This document shows positions 23,746-37,139 of a DNA stretch of 64,000 bases, in pieces. The number at the start of each line of letters is the position of its first letter. The first letter of the stretch is position 1. The DNA lies in assembly GCA_044892505.1 (NCBI GenBank), contig CM097883.1, positions 79,174,001 through 79,238,000 of the forward strand. The letters run 5' to 3'. Position numbers and translations under genes: made by a program. The stretch comes from Schmidtea nova. Its lineage: Eukaryota. A model generated the notes under the pieces. The model saw only the letters and a list, made by a program, of their open reading frames with translations, was not told the origin of the DNA and searched no databases.

Positions 23746-24805
23746 TCCAGGAACACAAGAACAACCTTTTTAGCTCAAGGAGACAACCAGGGGATTATCA
23801 TCCAATATAAAATGAGTTGGCTGGATCAGGATGAAGATACTTTGAAGGATCGCATGATGGAAATATGGAATAGCAATTCTTTTATTATGAGGGAAATCGA
23901 AGAAGAATCTAGAAAGCTCAATTAACTCTTCAATCACGATGAGGTAGCAACTTCAGCTGATTTCCTCATGTTTTTTTTCTTTTTTTTCCTCTCTTTAGAG
24001 GAATTTATGTCACTGTAGATAACAAGAGGTGGTCTCGAATGTCCGCCGTGACCAACGATCAGATCCCAAGTCTTGCCAACTCAATATCTGCCATGTCGAC
24101 CTCAGTATTAACTGTTAGTCAACATTCGGAAAATCACATTAAGTCTGTAATAAAATATACCATCTGAATCATTCATATTATCGACTATTTTTTATAATAT
24201 TATTCTAGGGAAAAATCCGTTCTCAAAATTCATCAACAAAACAAGCGACAGAACAAGCGACAGAACCCGCCAGAAGAAATTGGCAATCAAGGCTTTGTTC
24301 AAGGATCCTAGTGTAGGAGGAATATGTGGGACTTCTCTGAACAGATTTCTTATTAGAGGATTCCCAGATCCGGTGTCGGAATCATTATCTTGGTGGAAAT
24401 GGATGTATCATAACTCCGACGATAAAGAAGTGAGGGAAATCGCCGTAGGGTGTGAAAAACCTAAATATGGGGAAATCAGTTTGGTTTCATTTTCCAAGTT
24501 ATTGGAAAAACCGACTTTTCTGAACATTCCCAGTTCCATATGTACAGATACCCTGATAAAAGAAGAAATAAAATCAGAGCTGTTCAAAAACAGACGACAT
24601 CAAAAGCACCAGCGTGAGATTCGCCATTCCGCAATCAAGGGACACTACTCCATTGCTTATCAATGCACTGATGAGAATAAAACCTATTTTCCCAAGATTT
24701 TGAGTGTATTTTATGCCAGTTCGTTCATGAAGATTTCAGATGAGATCGTAGGGCTATTCCATAACTCCAAAACCATTAAAAGGGTCTTTTCAAAACACAT
24801 GTCTC
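23731..24805 (+). other. L: Endogenous viral element: rhabdovirus L polymerase RdRp core fragment (stops and frameshifts)
   Basis: FLAQGDNQ (motif C), KLN*LFNHDEVATSADFLMF, PLFRG..KRWSRMSAVTNDQIP, DPSVGGICGTSLNRFLIRGFPDPVSESL, LFHNSKTIKRVF; collinear with VSV L as recalled. Confidence 0.93.
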
Positions 24806-24956
24806 TCAAATTTCTCCATCCGCTTCGTCATCACTCGGAGCTCTACATAGAGGAGCTTCTTTTCCTCTTCCATCTCTGCTACGCGGGCTGTCAGATGCCG
24901 CATGCTCCTGTTCAATCCAGTCAACTGAAGCATCATTTGATCTATCTTGGATTCCA
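24790..24956 (-). other. Coiled-coil-like ORF fragment preceded by a splice acceptor, abutting the right end of the L EVE
   Basis: tgtgttattcag|aaATG then MESKIDQMMLQLTGLNRSMRHLTARVAEMEEEKKLLYVELRVMTKRMEKFE. Confidence 0.4.
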
Positions 24957-26802
24957 TTTCTGAATAACACATACAAATAAATAATAATTTCAGGTCACCT
25001 ACTATCCTCATGCAATTATATTTATCAAGCTTCAACTATTTAATTGGCATCACTACTCAATTCAGGGATCAAGCATTCCTTTAAAAACATATATATTAGG
25101 GGCATTTAATCGCTATTATTTTATCCTATCTAACTATTATTTCCATGATTTTTAATTTCTGGATTTTTATGTTAAAAATTTAATTAAAACTCTATTTATG
25201 TACTAATCTTAATGTCTGTCTTGTATTCTAAATTATTTTTAAAAAATTTGTTAAAATTTTAGCATTTAAATCTTAAATCTTTCGCCGAGGCCTTGACAGC
25301 GGCAACGAGCACTTTTCCCAGAAATTTCGTTGATTTATCCTATATTAAGATTTTAACGGTCGCTATTTTAGTTTTTAAATTTTTTGATATATTTTAAATT
25401 AAGAAATCAAAATTCCGATCGCTTCCCCGTCAAATTTACTCGAGATATTCCGTCAAAAAGGTAAAGCTATATAAATGCAAATGCAAACATCATTAATTTT
25501 GATTAGTGGATTTACAGTATGGAAATTCAATTTCTATATTATAAATATCGATTTGTTTATTTTTAGATTTCAACTGAAATTCCTCAGTACTTCAACAGTT
25601 CGATTAATTTCCAAGAATTTGCCGTAATTTGCTTTATTTTTGTATTTTTGGTAATTTTCATTTGGTTATTTTAGACAACTGAACAGCGTTTTTGGCACCG
25701 AAATAATGAAATTTATTGCGTTTTATGCTCACAATTCTCACTTCAAAACCTTTCGCAAATATTCTGTCTCTCATCAAATCAGTCTCGAGACTCACTGGGA
25801 TCTTTCCATGACTTCTTCCCTAAAATGAAGTGAAATTATTACGGTGATCTTTATGGCCGGTTATCGGTGAAGTACGTGCCAAGGAAATCTCAAATTCAAA
25901 ATATTGCATTGGAAGTTTCACAGCTGTTTCAATCAATTTCATCAGTGCATTTACGTTATTTTTCCCATTCATTTACGGATCTCTGAACAAATATGTTGAT
26001 GGTTTTTCTGTCGAACAATTGTTATGACAAGTTAGCGGTTACATTTTGATAACGCATTTTTGTTTTTGAGTAATTTTATTTTAATACATTTTGATTGTTA
26101 CGACTTTTTGATTTTCGATTAAATCATAATAGGTTAACCCATTGACACACGAAGCCGACGAATCGCCGGTCAACTATATTATGGTATTAAAGCACTAAAC
26201 GCCTGTCTGTCTTTGCATAATCATTTTATGCAATAAAGATCATTGACCACAATTTAATGCAGTAGTAACAGTTCGTTGCATGAGGAAAAATATGCCACCA
26301 ACGTACAGAATAAACGCAAAAAAACCAAAGATTAAAAAAATAGTGGTGGAATGGGTGGAATGGTGGAACCATTGATAATTAGCAAGGTTATTATGAGGAA
26401 AATGCTGTAAATTGGCATTATCTAAAATCTGTGATTGAGATATTAATAGAGTTTATTGTTGGTTTTACTTGTAAATTTTGTAAATGGATTTTATCGATCG
26501 GAATTTAAATAAAATATATTCTATAATTAATATAATTTTATAATGAGACGAATTTTAATTAATACCAATTTTGTACTTTATGCTTGATGAACCAATTTTA
26601 TAGATTGCGAACATAGATGGATAGCTTTTTATGTGGTTACTGTAATCACTATGCGTCTGAGACGAGTGATTAGTTTGCTGGGATCTTAATGAGTGACAGG
26701 TTGAATCCTGTAGGTGATAAAAGTAATCCATATATTATTTTTTATAGTAAATTCATATTAAATTCATAATAAAATTTTTAATTTATAATTTTTCTATACA
26801 TT

Positions 26803-28203
26803 TGCTGGGTTAATGGAGGGGTTAGATCAAAAATGTCTAATAGTGACTAGGGATACCCCGTCCATGATCATGCATAAATATTTTCTATTTCACTCGAGCG
26901 CCCTTGACTATCTCCCTATATAGCCAAGTTGGTGATGCGCAAGGTGATTGAACAATGATGGGCAGGTGAGCTCTATTGCTAGAACTACTCCCCATTTATG
27001 TTCACGGGTTCATGCTGCCGTAGAATGACTTACGCTATTTTATTCATTACAAAAAAACTGAGTGTTCGATTTGTGATCGATTTTGTAGTAAATCTGTTGA
27101 TTAGTAACTAAATCGTTGTATTATGAATACCTAATTCATTTGTCTACCCTGCATTGATGACTGAGCTATTTTCCGATAATTTTTATTTTCGTTCTACTGG
27201 CCAAAAACTTGTTGTGCCCCCTAATAACTATCTTGTGTCGAAAAAATCAACTTGCTCCTCATTAAATGTATCGTGTTAAAATATGAACAGGCCCCCTGAT
27301 AAGTACATGATAAGCCAACTAAAATTTCGGGGTGCCACTTAAGGCTGAGTTATTCTTTCCCTTACGAAGATGTCTTTCGTCTCTAGGTGTTCTGACCCAT
27401 CCTACGTGCAACCGTTTAAAAAATTTCATCAATATTAAATAAATTGTTTTTTAAGATTATCGAAAAATTTATAACTTCATAAATAAAAAGGTCTAACCGC
27501 CGTGTGAAGCCACGACAGCGACTAACTCCCTTGCCGCGTTAGAAGTCGAGGATGCATATCTATAATTATGCATTAAATGAATAAATGGATAACTAAATGA
27601 ACCAATTCGATAAAAAACATGTATTAATTAAAATAATAAAATCATGGGACACATCATACATAAGAATACAAATGAAAAAATTACTGCTGATTTCGAATCA
27701 ATCGATATTGTCGAAAATATGGATCTACAAATTTTAACTTTAGCTCAACTGTTAAATCGTTCAGAGACTAAAAATTCAAAGTAAAATTATTCTTCTAAAT
27801 TTGTGATTTTCAGATCGGTATTTATACTGATCCTGCCGGTTGGATTGACCAATCAGGATCAGGCCGTCCATCAAAGTATGTCGATCATTTTGCTTTATTT
27901 TAAATAATCTTTTGTTTCCGTTTCAGATTTCTCATTGGGTGGTCCTGGTTTTCCGAGTAATTATTTAATAATTTGGACTTTTTTTTATTAATTTATAATT
28001 TTCTGTTTTCAGGCCCCCTCCTGTCGTTCTGTTGTGAAATGCTGATTATTTTCTACTGGTAATTTATCTATTGCCAATTAATTATTTATTTTTTAATCTT
28101 TTTCCGTTATATTTCTTGGTTTTAAGTTATCTATTTAAGTTATTATTTTGTTTTAATTGTTATATTATTTTTTACATTTTAAGGCCATTTGGTGTGTCCA
28201 ACA
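26803..28203 (-). mobile_element. Solo LTR, 1401 bp
   Basis: TGCTGGG..GTCCAACA, 4-bp TSD CATT; homologous to 35008-36477; minus TATAAA at ~27825 beside a CCAAT motif. Confidence 0.85.
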
Positions 28204-28752
28204 CATTTAAATTTAAAAATTTGATAAGATTTATAAAATAATAGAATTATTGATTAGAAAGTTTTCTTTTTTCTATAATATAATTCAATTCTAAAACTTT
28301 TCACATCGTATTATTTTCAATAATAGGTTTTTTAGAAAAATTATATTCCATTCGTATGTGTATTCTCCAAGAGAAGTTCACGAATTTTTCGCGACACTTC
28401 ACTTGAAGGCTTCAAATACCCAAAATTAGGTTTGAATGAAACAATTTTCATGAATAATTTTAGACCAAAATGAGGTTCAATTAGACAAAATCAATTAGCA
28501 TTTATATAATCTAATATGATCTGTACATAACCTGGTTTGGTCATTCTTTAGGGTTGATAAAAGGGTTATTAAGTTGTCGGTCTGGGTTCTCACCATTCCT
28601 ATTAACATCTATCTTTAATTATTGAATCAAAAATTGAGTTAGACATTTTTCATTATTTAGATCCCACAATTAGTTCATTGTCACAGAAGAAATTTACTTG
28701 TGAATTAGCGGTTGTTTTTTTATAGCGCAGATGTAACTTTCGGTGATATTAT

Positions 28753-29926
28753 TGTTGGGAATTTAAAATTAAATTTTTTTCGGAATTTAAGCAGTTAACT
28801 GGGTTTTCCACATCATCATTATCTCCTACTCTACGAAGTCGGCTTAATGGGACTATCACTTTACCATTAAGAAATCAATTAGACAAATCGAATTTACAAC
28901 CTTCTACTTTCGTAATGCATTAATTATTCACTCACTCGCCTCGTCGGGTAATCACACTCGCAAATGAGAGAAACCCATTGGCGTCATTCTTACTCTTTAT
29001 CGTAATTAAATGGGTCTACTAATTGATTTCATTGTGATGAAAAACGCTGGGGAGGTAAATTTACTTGCTTTAGTTCAATGATATTTTCCAATTAGATTTT
29101 TCCTTGAAAATGATTTTTAATGAATGTCATATTTGATAGACGTTCAAATCATCATCTCTACTACTCATGGATTCGTTAGTCTCTAGTGGACGTTGATTGA
29201 AGTTTTACGAGTGAAATAAAGATTGATCCTCAGCGCGCAAAGTTTCTCGGTTTATCTCTGACTAAAGATAACGTGAAAAATTTGATTTCATTAGTGTTAA
29301 TTCTCATAAACCATAAAAAACTCTTTTAAACTGCATGATACTCGACATTCCTCGCTACTGCCACTGCTTTCTATCTCGCCGTACGATAGTCCATCCATCC
29401 ATCCCGCACACGAACTGCGGAATGGAGGGCGAAACTACAGGAGAGTTAGCTTAGGATAGTTACCAAAAATGCTACTAAGTTAGTAAAAAAATATGCTGTG
29501 ACTGTAAAATAATGCTTTAAATGATGATCCTGCTACTGACTTGAGCGCCCCTTATATACAAATTTCGGCGCTTCAGCAGCCAATCAGAATTGATCTAGCC
29601 TTTTTATTGGCTAAATAATTCGATTATCGATATTTTTCTTAGTTTCTTGTTTGCCATTAATTATTTCATTTCTTTTGCTATTGTTGTTTATTTAATTTTA
29701 TTTATTTATTTAATTTCTTATTTTTATTCTTTTTATCTTGCTTCGTAATTTATTTCAGGCTTTCTTGTTTTTATATTTTTTGTTTTAATCTTTTTATTTT
29801 TGTTGTTATTATTCTCTTATATCCTTTGATATTTTGTTTTTATTGTTTCCTTTCTAATTAATTATTTTATTGTTCCTAATTATTATGCTATTTTGTGACT
29901 ATTTCAGTGTTTGTGCTAACCCAACA
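28753..29926 (-). mobile_element. Probable solo LTR, ~1.17 kb
   Basis: TGTTGGGA..CTAACCCAACA, minus TATA-like element at ~29555; flanks (TTAT/ATTT) do not form a TSD. Confidence 0.6.
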
Positions 29927-30649
29927 ATTTTAAGCAAAATTGAATAATTATTTTTGCATAAAATTTTAATAAAACTTTAAATAATTTATTTAAATCTATA
30001 ATTTTACTTTTGAATTAAAGTTTTTCCTAATTTAGTTTAATTAACTAAATTTTTAACTAACAATTTCCTTTCATATTTTTTGAATTTTTAAGATAAAAAT
30101 CGAAATGTTCCTTCTAAAAATATGTGAATTTTTCCTAGTTTGTTATTTTATTACATAATTGATGTTTTTATGTTATGTGTGTTTTTCACGTGTATATTTT
30201 TTGTTCATTTTAATTTTTAAACCTGTTTTAATTAATTATGTGTTTTGTTGTTACTTTGTTTTACTCGGTGATTTAGCTCAGAATTTTAAATATACTTCTT
30301 GCGCGCTCTCTACATGTTGTATTACCGCGTTATTTAAACAAAATTCAGTTTTTGCCCAGCACCCGTAAATACCATTTTGTACTTACGTTAGTACTGCATA
30401 CTTCAGACGAATGCGAATCGGCAGGTGAGCGTCTGCGTTAACGCTACTCCAGATTCAATCATTCTCACGGGTTCCTTAATGGCCGATAGGTCTTCACAAT
30501 TTCCCAACCTAACCCTTTTGCAGGTCACTCTTTCAGGGTACATTTGTCTTACAAGTCAGTCTAAAACTTATCTCAGAGTTGTCGTAATTTTCCTTAGTTA
30601 CTTTTATGAGTGTTAATTTATCGTGGTTTTGGAATAAAACACTAAAACA

Positions 30650-32335
30650 CGACATAATACATATAATTAAACAATATCGAGGTTTGCCATCCTTCACTTT
30701 CAGATTCGTTTGATTTTGTTATTGTTATTTATTATTTTTTTCGTTTCCTTTTTTATTTTACATTTTATTTATATTCCTAATTATTCTATTATTATTTAAT
30801 TATCTGCGTTTTAATACTTATTTTTATAGATTGTGCTAACCCAAAATAAGTAACCTTTATACCACAAGATCGTTAACACGAAATGTTAAAAGTTATTTCT
30901 TCCGTCGACGATTTCTTGATTTTCCCTAGAACTCGGGCCTCATGCCGCCTTCTCCGGAGAGCTTGGACTTCTTTTTCTGGGTTTGAACCGCTTGAGCTTG
31001 GGCAGTACCGCAGTCAGAGAAGATTTTTCTTCCCTCTGTACTGGGAATAGTTCCAGTGAGGAATTGTTCATTTCGGGAGTACGACCGTTATTTATCGGGT
31101 TTCTACCCAAATTCGTATCAGTTCGACATCTCTCTCTTTGATGGCTTATATTATTATTTTGTTTAATTGGTGTTTCTCATGATAGATTTTAAATTCACTT
31201 CTTGCGTGTTCTTTACATGCTATGTTACCGCTTCAACAAAATAAACTCCAGTTTTTGCCCAACAGTATATGTTTATTAGCTATAAGTTTTGATGTCTCAG
31301 CTTTAAGTCGACTTTGATTGCAGTTCATCAGTACTTCGTTCCATAAATGTTGTCTTAGGTGTAAGAATATATGTTCCTGATATTTACTAGAAAAAATAGT
31401 TAGAAAAAATATAAATTTTAAGGAGAAAATAATTAATATAAAATTCCTGCGGATGATTCTCCGGCCATTCTCTCACATCTGCGTAAGTATGAGGCTAGGT
31501 TTGGATGTCACGTCGACAGCATGGAGTTAACCAGTTTGGGAGATTCCACTCTAAACTCATGAACACACTCTGGCGTACCTGCATCGCAACAAGAAGGACA
31601 CTACAGCGAGTTTGCGACTCGGAAGGTCAGGAATAGTAAAAATATTTATGCTATTAATATATGCAATGATTTTGTTCTTAGATCGAGAATGTATTGGATC
31701 TATATTTTCACAATGAATTAGCAGATAATAGGTAACTGGAGCATGTACCGGTACCGAAATAAAATAATCAGGACGAGCAAATCATCAAACTGGCATACCT
31801 TGCATGCACAGAATGATGCCATCTCTNNNNNNNNNNNNNNNNNNNNNNNNNNNNNNNNNNNNNNNNNNNNNNNNNNNNNNNNNNNNNNNNNNNNNNNNNN
31901 NNNNNNNNNNNNNNNNNNNNNNNNNNNNNNNNNNNNNNNNNNNNNNNNNNNNNNNNNNNNNNNNNNNNNNNNNNNNNNNNTTTTATTTTTTACATAAATT
32001 TTAACTACTTTAATTTTAATTTTTGCAATTTACTTTTACATTTTTCACATACTGTCAAGATTAAGATAAATATTTATAACATTTTTTTGAAATTTTATAT
32101 TTACCTAATTTTCAATGAATTTTTGTTAATTTGCTTTGTTTGTGTTTTTTCATGGTTACTTTTTGCAATTGTTTAATTTAAATTTTACAATTGTTTTCAT
32201 TAATTATTCCTGTGTTTTTAATAATTTTTGTTTATTTGGTGTTTGCTCAGATATTTAAGGATACTTCTTGTGCGGTCTCTATATGCTATGTTCGCACTCG
32301 CTTCCAAATTACTTGAATTTAGTTTTCGCCCAACA
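30650..32335 (-). mobile_element. Cluster of truncated LTR ends (terminating ~30846, 31264, 32335)
   Basis: Terminal motif cttcttgcg(c/t)g..ctacatg..gtttt(t/c)gcccaaca at 31264 and 32335 shared with 22886, 30361, 46611; gtgctaacccaaaa at 30846 resembles the 29926 end. Confidence 0.65.
31827..31980. other. Assembly gap (N run)
   Basis: Run of n. Confidence 1.
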
Positions 32336-32625
32336 AATGAATCTGTGTGTTTCAAATGTTACTGCCCAAGCTAGGCTAGGTACTCTACGCTTTTTTTAAT
32401 TTTCTAGTCTTTGAGACTTAGAAACCCAAGATTGATTGGTGATTTTACTGAGAATTCGCTCAGTATTTATATTATTTTGCGTGTTTTTTGCATAGTTAAG
32501 AGTTATTATTACTTGTCAATAATTTTGTTGTTTAATTTTCAAAAGTGCAGCATCTAACACTTACGAGTTTGGGTAATTTTTTTATAAATTGGTTTTTATA
32601 TTTATTTTTTGAATTCTATTAATAT

Positions 32626-32773
32626 NNNNNNNNNNNNNNNNNNNNNNNNNNNNNNNNNNNNNNNNNNNNNNNNNNNNNNNNNNNNNNNNNNNNNNNNNNN
32701 NNNNNNNNNNNNNNNNNNNNNNNNNNNNNNNNNNNNNNNNNNNNNNNNNNNNNNNNNNNNNNNNNNNNNNNNN
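32626..32773. other. Assembly gap (N run)
   Basis: Run of n. Confidence 1.
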
Positions 32774-34620
32774 ATTTATTAATACAACAATAAAATCATC
32801 ACAAAGGATGAAATAAACAGTTGCTGGATGACCAGACAACTAGCGGCTTATTGATTCTGGTATGTTTTTTATAGATGGTGACATAATCATCTCTGATCCC
32901 GATTCTTAGGAAAAGAAGCCTCGGTGGTTTTAATAGGTTTTTAGAGAACCCCGAATGGCTTTGCATATCATTTTGGATCTGATTAACTTGTATTCTGCAA
33001 ATTTGATTCTCATCCTTCTGAGCAGGTCATTGTTTCTGGTGTCCCACGTGCCGAGAGAGCATACAACAAATGTTCCGACAGTGGTATATATTCCGATTGA
33101 TGCTTGTATTTCAGAAGCCAGGTTTCGGTATTTATCGATGTTGTTACTCCTTGCCTGCTCTATTGTTGGGTAATCATCAAATGGACATTTGATATGGTCG
33201 TTCATTCTAACAACAATGTCGGGTCGTAGATTTTCTGATGATTCAGGTGACCTTGTTTCTGTTTCTAGTTTGTAATCCTTTATTTTGAATAGGAGTTCCA
33301 ATAGTTTCTGTATATCGTTGTACTTGGCAGTTCGAAGTCGATTGCCTTGATGGCAGAGATTGAGCACATGAGCCGCTGATTCGTAAGGGAAGTCGCAATG
33401 TCTGCATTTAGTAGACGCAAGACGACCTCCCTGATTAGACTGTTTCATGTTAAGGTCTAACATGTTAGACCTAGTCTTTGTAATGAAGCGCCATTCCAGA
33501 TATTTTAGGTTGCGCTCCATTTTCCATTCTGAATGTTCAGATTGAGGTAAGTTTAATATATACCCTTGGCAACTAGCTGATTTCCATTTTTTAGGTAGGC
33601 TTCCTTGATCATCCAATGTATTGTTTTGGAGAAGTCATTGATGTTCAAGTTGATCAGGATCGATGGTTTTAATTGAGTATCGCATTTGATTAGGCATCCG
33701 ATTTTGTCACCTCTAACGATGAATAATATCTTGATTTGGTGTATTGATTAGATTAGTTTTATTGATTCTTTGATTCTATTCAGCCATGAAGGTTTTGCAA
33801 AACTGTTTCTGATCGTGGGAATTGTATTGTCAAGCCATTTACATGTATGTGACATTTCGGAGATTGTTTGCTCTGATCTGGAGTTGGCGAAGTCTTTGAG
33901 TTCTTCTCGAAGTATATTGACTACCGCTCTGTGGTTGCTATTGATGAGTTTGGTGAATCGATTCACAGTTTGAATTAGGTGTTAGTCTTGTACCTTGGTC
34001 AGTCCAAGTCCGCCGAAGTCTGTGGGAGTAGAATATTGCGTCCATAAATGGATTTGAGTTCGGGAGATCTAGAACATGTTTGATTTTAATAAGTTTTCTA
34101 ATACCTTCGTCAAATTTTTCGAGATGAGTTCGTGTTATATCTTCCCCTTGGATGAAGATGAACTTCGAATGGCAGAAGATATTATAAGCTTCTATTTTTG
34201 ATGACATCAGAGTTTGAATTCGAAAATGTTTTTGACTTTGACAGAGACTTCATCGAAAATTTTACTGAGGTCTACTTTCTTTGTCTGTCCCACTCTCACT
34301 CCAAGATAAGTGTACAGGTTTTCACTGTTGATCATATCATCTATTGTCATATCATTTGTTTGTCGAGTTGTAGTTACATGGTCTACGTAGTATCCGCATT
34401 TCTCAGGTTTAAATTATAGGTTTGTGAGTTTGGCTTGGGCAACAAGGTGCGATGTCTTCGCTTTAAGAGATGGCCTCGACGATATCCTGGGATAAGATGG
34501 GGTCATTAGTTTTCCATTCAGGTTCTGATTGAATCTGGATAGTGAGTGGTTTGTTTATTATGGGTTCCATTCTGGTAAAATGTTGGTCCATACTGGAACT
34601 ACTACCCACTAAGTGATTTT
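32774..34620 (-). mobile_element. 5'-truncated, degenerate non-LTR retrotransposon with restriction-like endonuclease (NeSL/R2-type group)
   Basis: RT tail FKPEKC, YTYLGV (~34420-34300); CRHC..ESAAHVLNLC zinc knuckle, LRPDIVV, IKCPFD, IDKY, VCSLGTW (32930-33616). Confidence 0.85.
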
Positions 34621-35007
34621 TAAAAATATTTTGTTTTTAAGCCATTCTTGTGATTTACTCCTGCTGGTGCTATTTTTGTAGTAAGTTATATATTTTTAAA
34701 ATTTTATTTTTCAAGAATCGTTTTTTGCATCGGTACGTGGAGTATCCGCTGTTTTTACACACACGATGTTGTGTGCGAAGTTGCAGATATAGCGATACCT
34801 ATTCTTCTCATTCCCCAATGCAAGGTTATTTTATTATTATTATTAATTCAAACATTTTTTTTATTTAAGGAATTTAAAATATTTTAAGAATTTTTGATAT
34901 TCAATGTATTAAGAGTTTAAATGTGAGTTTAAAATTTTTTATATTTTTAAAATTTACCTATAAGTTCTTTTTTGTTTTTTAAAATAATAAAATGTTTGGT
35001 TTTATTT

Positions 35008-36477
35008 TGATGGGACTGTGGATGGGTTAAAAAATATATGTATGTAAATTGGTGTTTTCAAGGGATTACCCGCCCACAATCCTGCATAACTTGTAATCGA
35101 CACGCGTATGCCCTTGACTATTTCCTACTAGCCAAGTTGGTACTGCATACGGTGGTGGAAAATGATGGGCAGGTGAGCTCTGTCGTCGGACATTTTTCCC
35201 CGATAGGAAAAAATCGTCCGGATTTGTAGATTGACATTGATTTCGGTTGGGGAAGATGTAGTTTTCTGTAAGCATTCTTTCTCGGCTTCCCGGAGTGGTC
35301 GGATTGCGATATTGAAAACGATTCCAAGTTCCCTGAACGTCGAGGCCGGAATATAACCCCAGTAGATGACAAAAGTCGGAAATCCACGTTCGTCCAACAT
35401 TAGGACAAACCATTCTGCGTGCCATTTCTCAAATTCTTCTCCCGGAATTATGGGCCAGTTGGCACATCCTCGGTACTGTAACTACTCTTTGGTGATGTAT
35501 GACAACAAAAAATGTTTCCTCAAAAACTCCTTCTCATGGCGCATCTCCTGGTTATATCGGTTTCTACTCTTTCAAAAATCAGTGCCCTTTCACACTCAAC
35601 ACTACTCTTAGTAGAAATAATCACCCTGGTTCTTTGTGTCCCATGTGCAACCCTGTAAAATTAATTTCATTTTATCGCTTTCTCTACCGTGTGTGGAGCC
35701 TTTAAGCACCACGACGCGGACTGACACCCTGGGAACCTGTAGCTCCCAGTCGGCGCCCTAAATATCTATAATTTAATTATTCAATATCAACAAGATTCAA
35801 TATTAACAAATCATATAATTAATATGACAAATTCTATAATATCACTACTTTAATATAAACATGGATGACCAAATCATGAGAAAAATATATATAAATAAAA
35901 CCAAAAATACCTAATTCGTCTGGATTTAATTCAGTCGGTTAATTGATCGGCTAGTAGTCAAAGTTCAGGATCGCTAAATTGGTTAAATCGCTTCGGTCAA
36001 TGTTGACAATTTATGCTCAAAAACAATGCTCAAAAAATGCTGATTTGATTTAAAGTCTGATCAGTATTTATACTGATTTGTCGGGTCTAGACTGACCAAT
36101 CAGGTTTGGTTGCTTCCATGGTAGGTCTAATTATTATTTTGTTTATCTAATTAATTTTTATTTTTTAGATTCGATTCTTTCTAGGTGGTCCAGCTTTTCA
36201 AAACAATTATTTAGTAAAAGGTACTTTTATTTTGTTTTAATTATTAATACTTACATTTTATTTGTTTTTTTCTAGGTGCCTCTTATGCCGGTTAATTTTG
36301 AAAATCTCCTCAATTTATCTATTTTTATTTATAATTTACTAGTAATTCATCTATATTTTATTTATATTACCCTTTTCTTTTTAAATTTAATATTCCCCTT
36401 TCTTATCTTACATTTTTCTTTTTGTTTTAATTATTATAGATTTATTTTCCTCTTTTCTCTGTTTAGCTGGCCCAACA
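35008..36477 (-). mobile_element. Solo LTR, 1470 bp
   Basis: TGATGGG..GGCCCAACA, 4-bp TSD ATTT; collinear with 26803-28203. Confidence 0.85.
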
Positions 36478-37139
36478 ATTTTAAACGATTCTTTTAATAC
36501 AAGCAACAATTAATCGCACATATAAACTCAAATAAAATTAATAACAATCACCATATAAGTCATTGTTTGATCTCTTGTGTTCGTATTTATCCTATTTTTA
36601 TTTTCTGCAATATTTTCTGTAATATTTGTTGACTTCAGACATTTCAATCTTTTTATTATCTAACACGTATATCGTCTAACCAATGAGAAAGAGATGATGA
36701 TGGCGCGGTTTGATAGTATAAGTAGTCAATGTCGCTTACTGGAGGTAATTTGGTTTAATGCCAAAAAAATGCACAAGATCCAAAAGTAGGTGCAACTACT
36801 CAAGGAACAAATGGATAAAGATGTAGCTGAGATTCTAGCTCTGTAAATGATCCTCAAAGATCAAGACAAGAAATGAAATATAATCCTGATAGATTTTGGT
36901 ATAGCCAAGTCCATAATTTCATCGACCCCTTATCAACAAAAATAACTATGTCCACCTTGCACAGAACCATCATAAAAAATCGAGAAAAAGTTGATCTCGC
37001 GCGAATGAGGCGACGAAAAGAAGCTTAGATTTTTGATTAATAATATCGAAATACCAAAAACTTTTCACTTCCATCGTAACTTTAAATATTGAACCATTGT
37101 TTCGACCGATGTATGCGCAATTTAGATTTATGTACCTTC

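Larger units (their letters stand above)
25045..30361 (-). mobile_element. Fragmented fourth giant-LTR-family copy interrupted by two younger solo LTRs
   Basis: 25045-25305 matches reverse complement of 58110-58390; 28340-28430 matches 44490-44560; 29990-30361 matches 22500-22886 and ends GCCCAGCA. Left boundary not found. Confidence 0.55.

Noticed and set aside
25272-25290. U5 snRNA-like AAATCTTTCGCC
   Set aside because: Loop-I continuation is absent and the homologous copy at ~58140 lacks the motif.
26134-26813. TTAA-CCC..GGG-TTAA piggyBac-like element
   Set aside because: Only 4 bp of terminal match; the right end lies inside the TSD-defined LTR starting at 26803.
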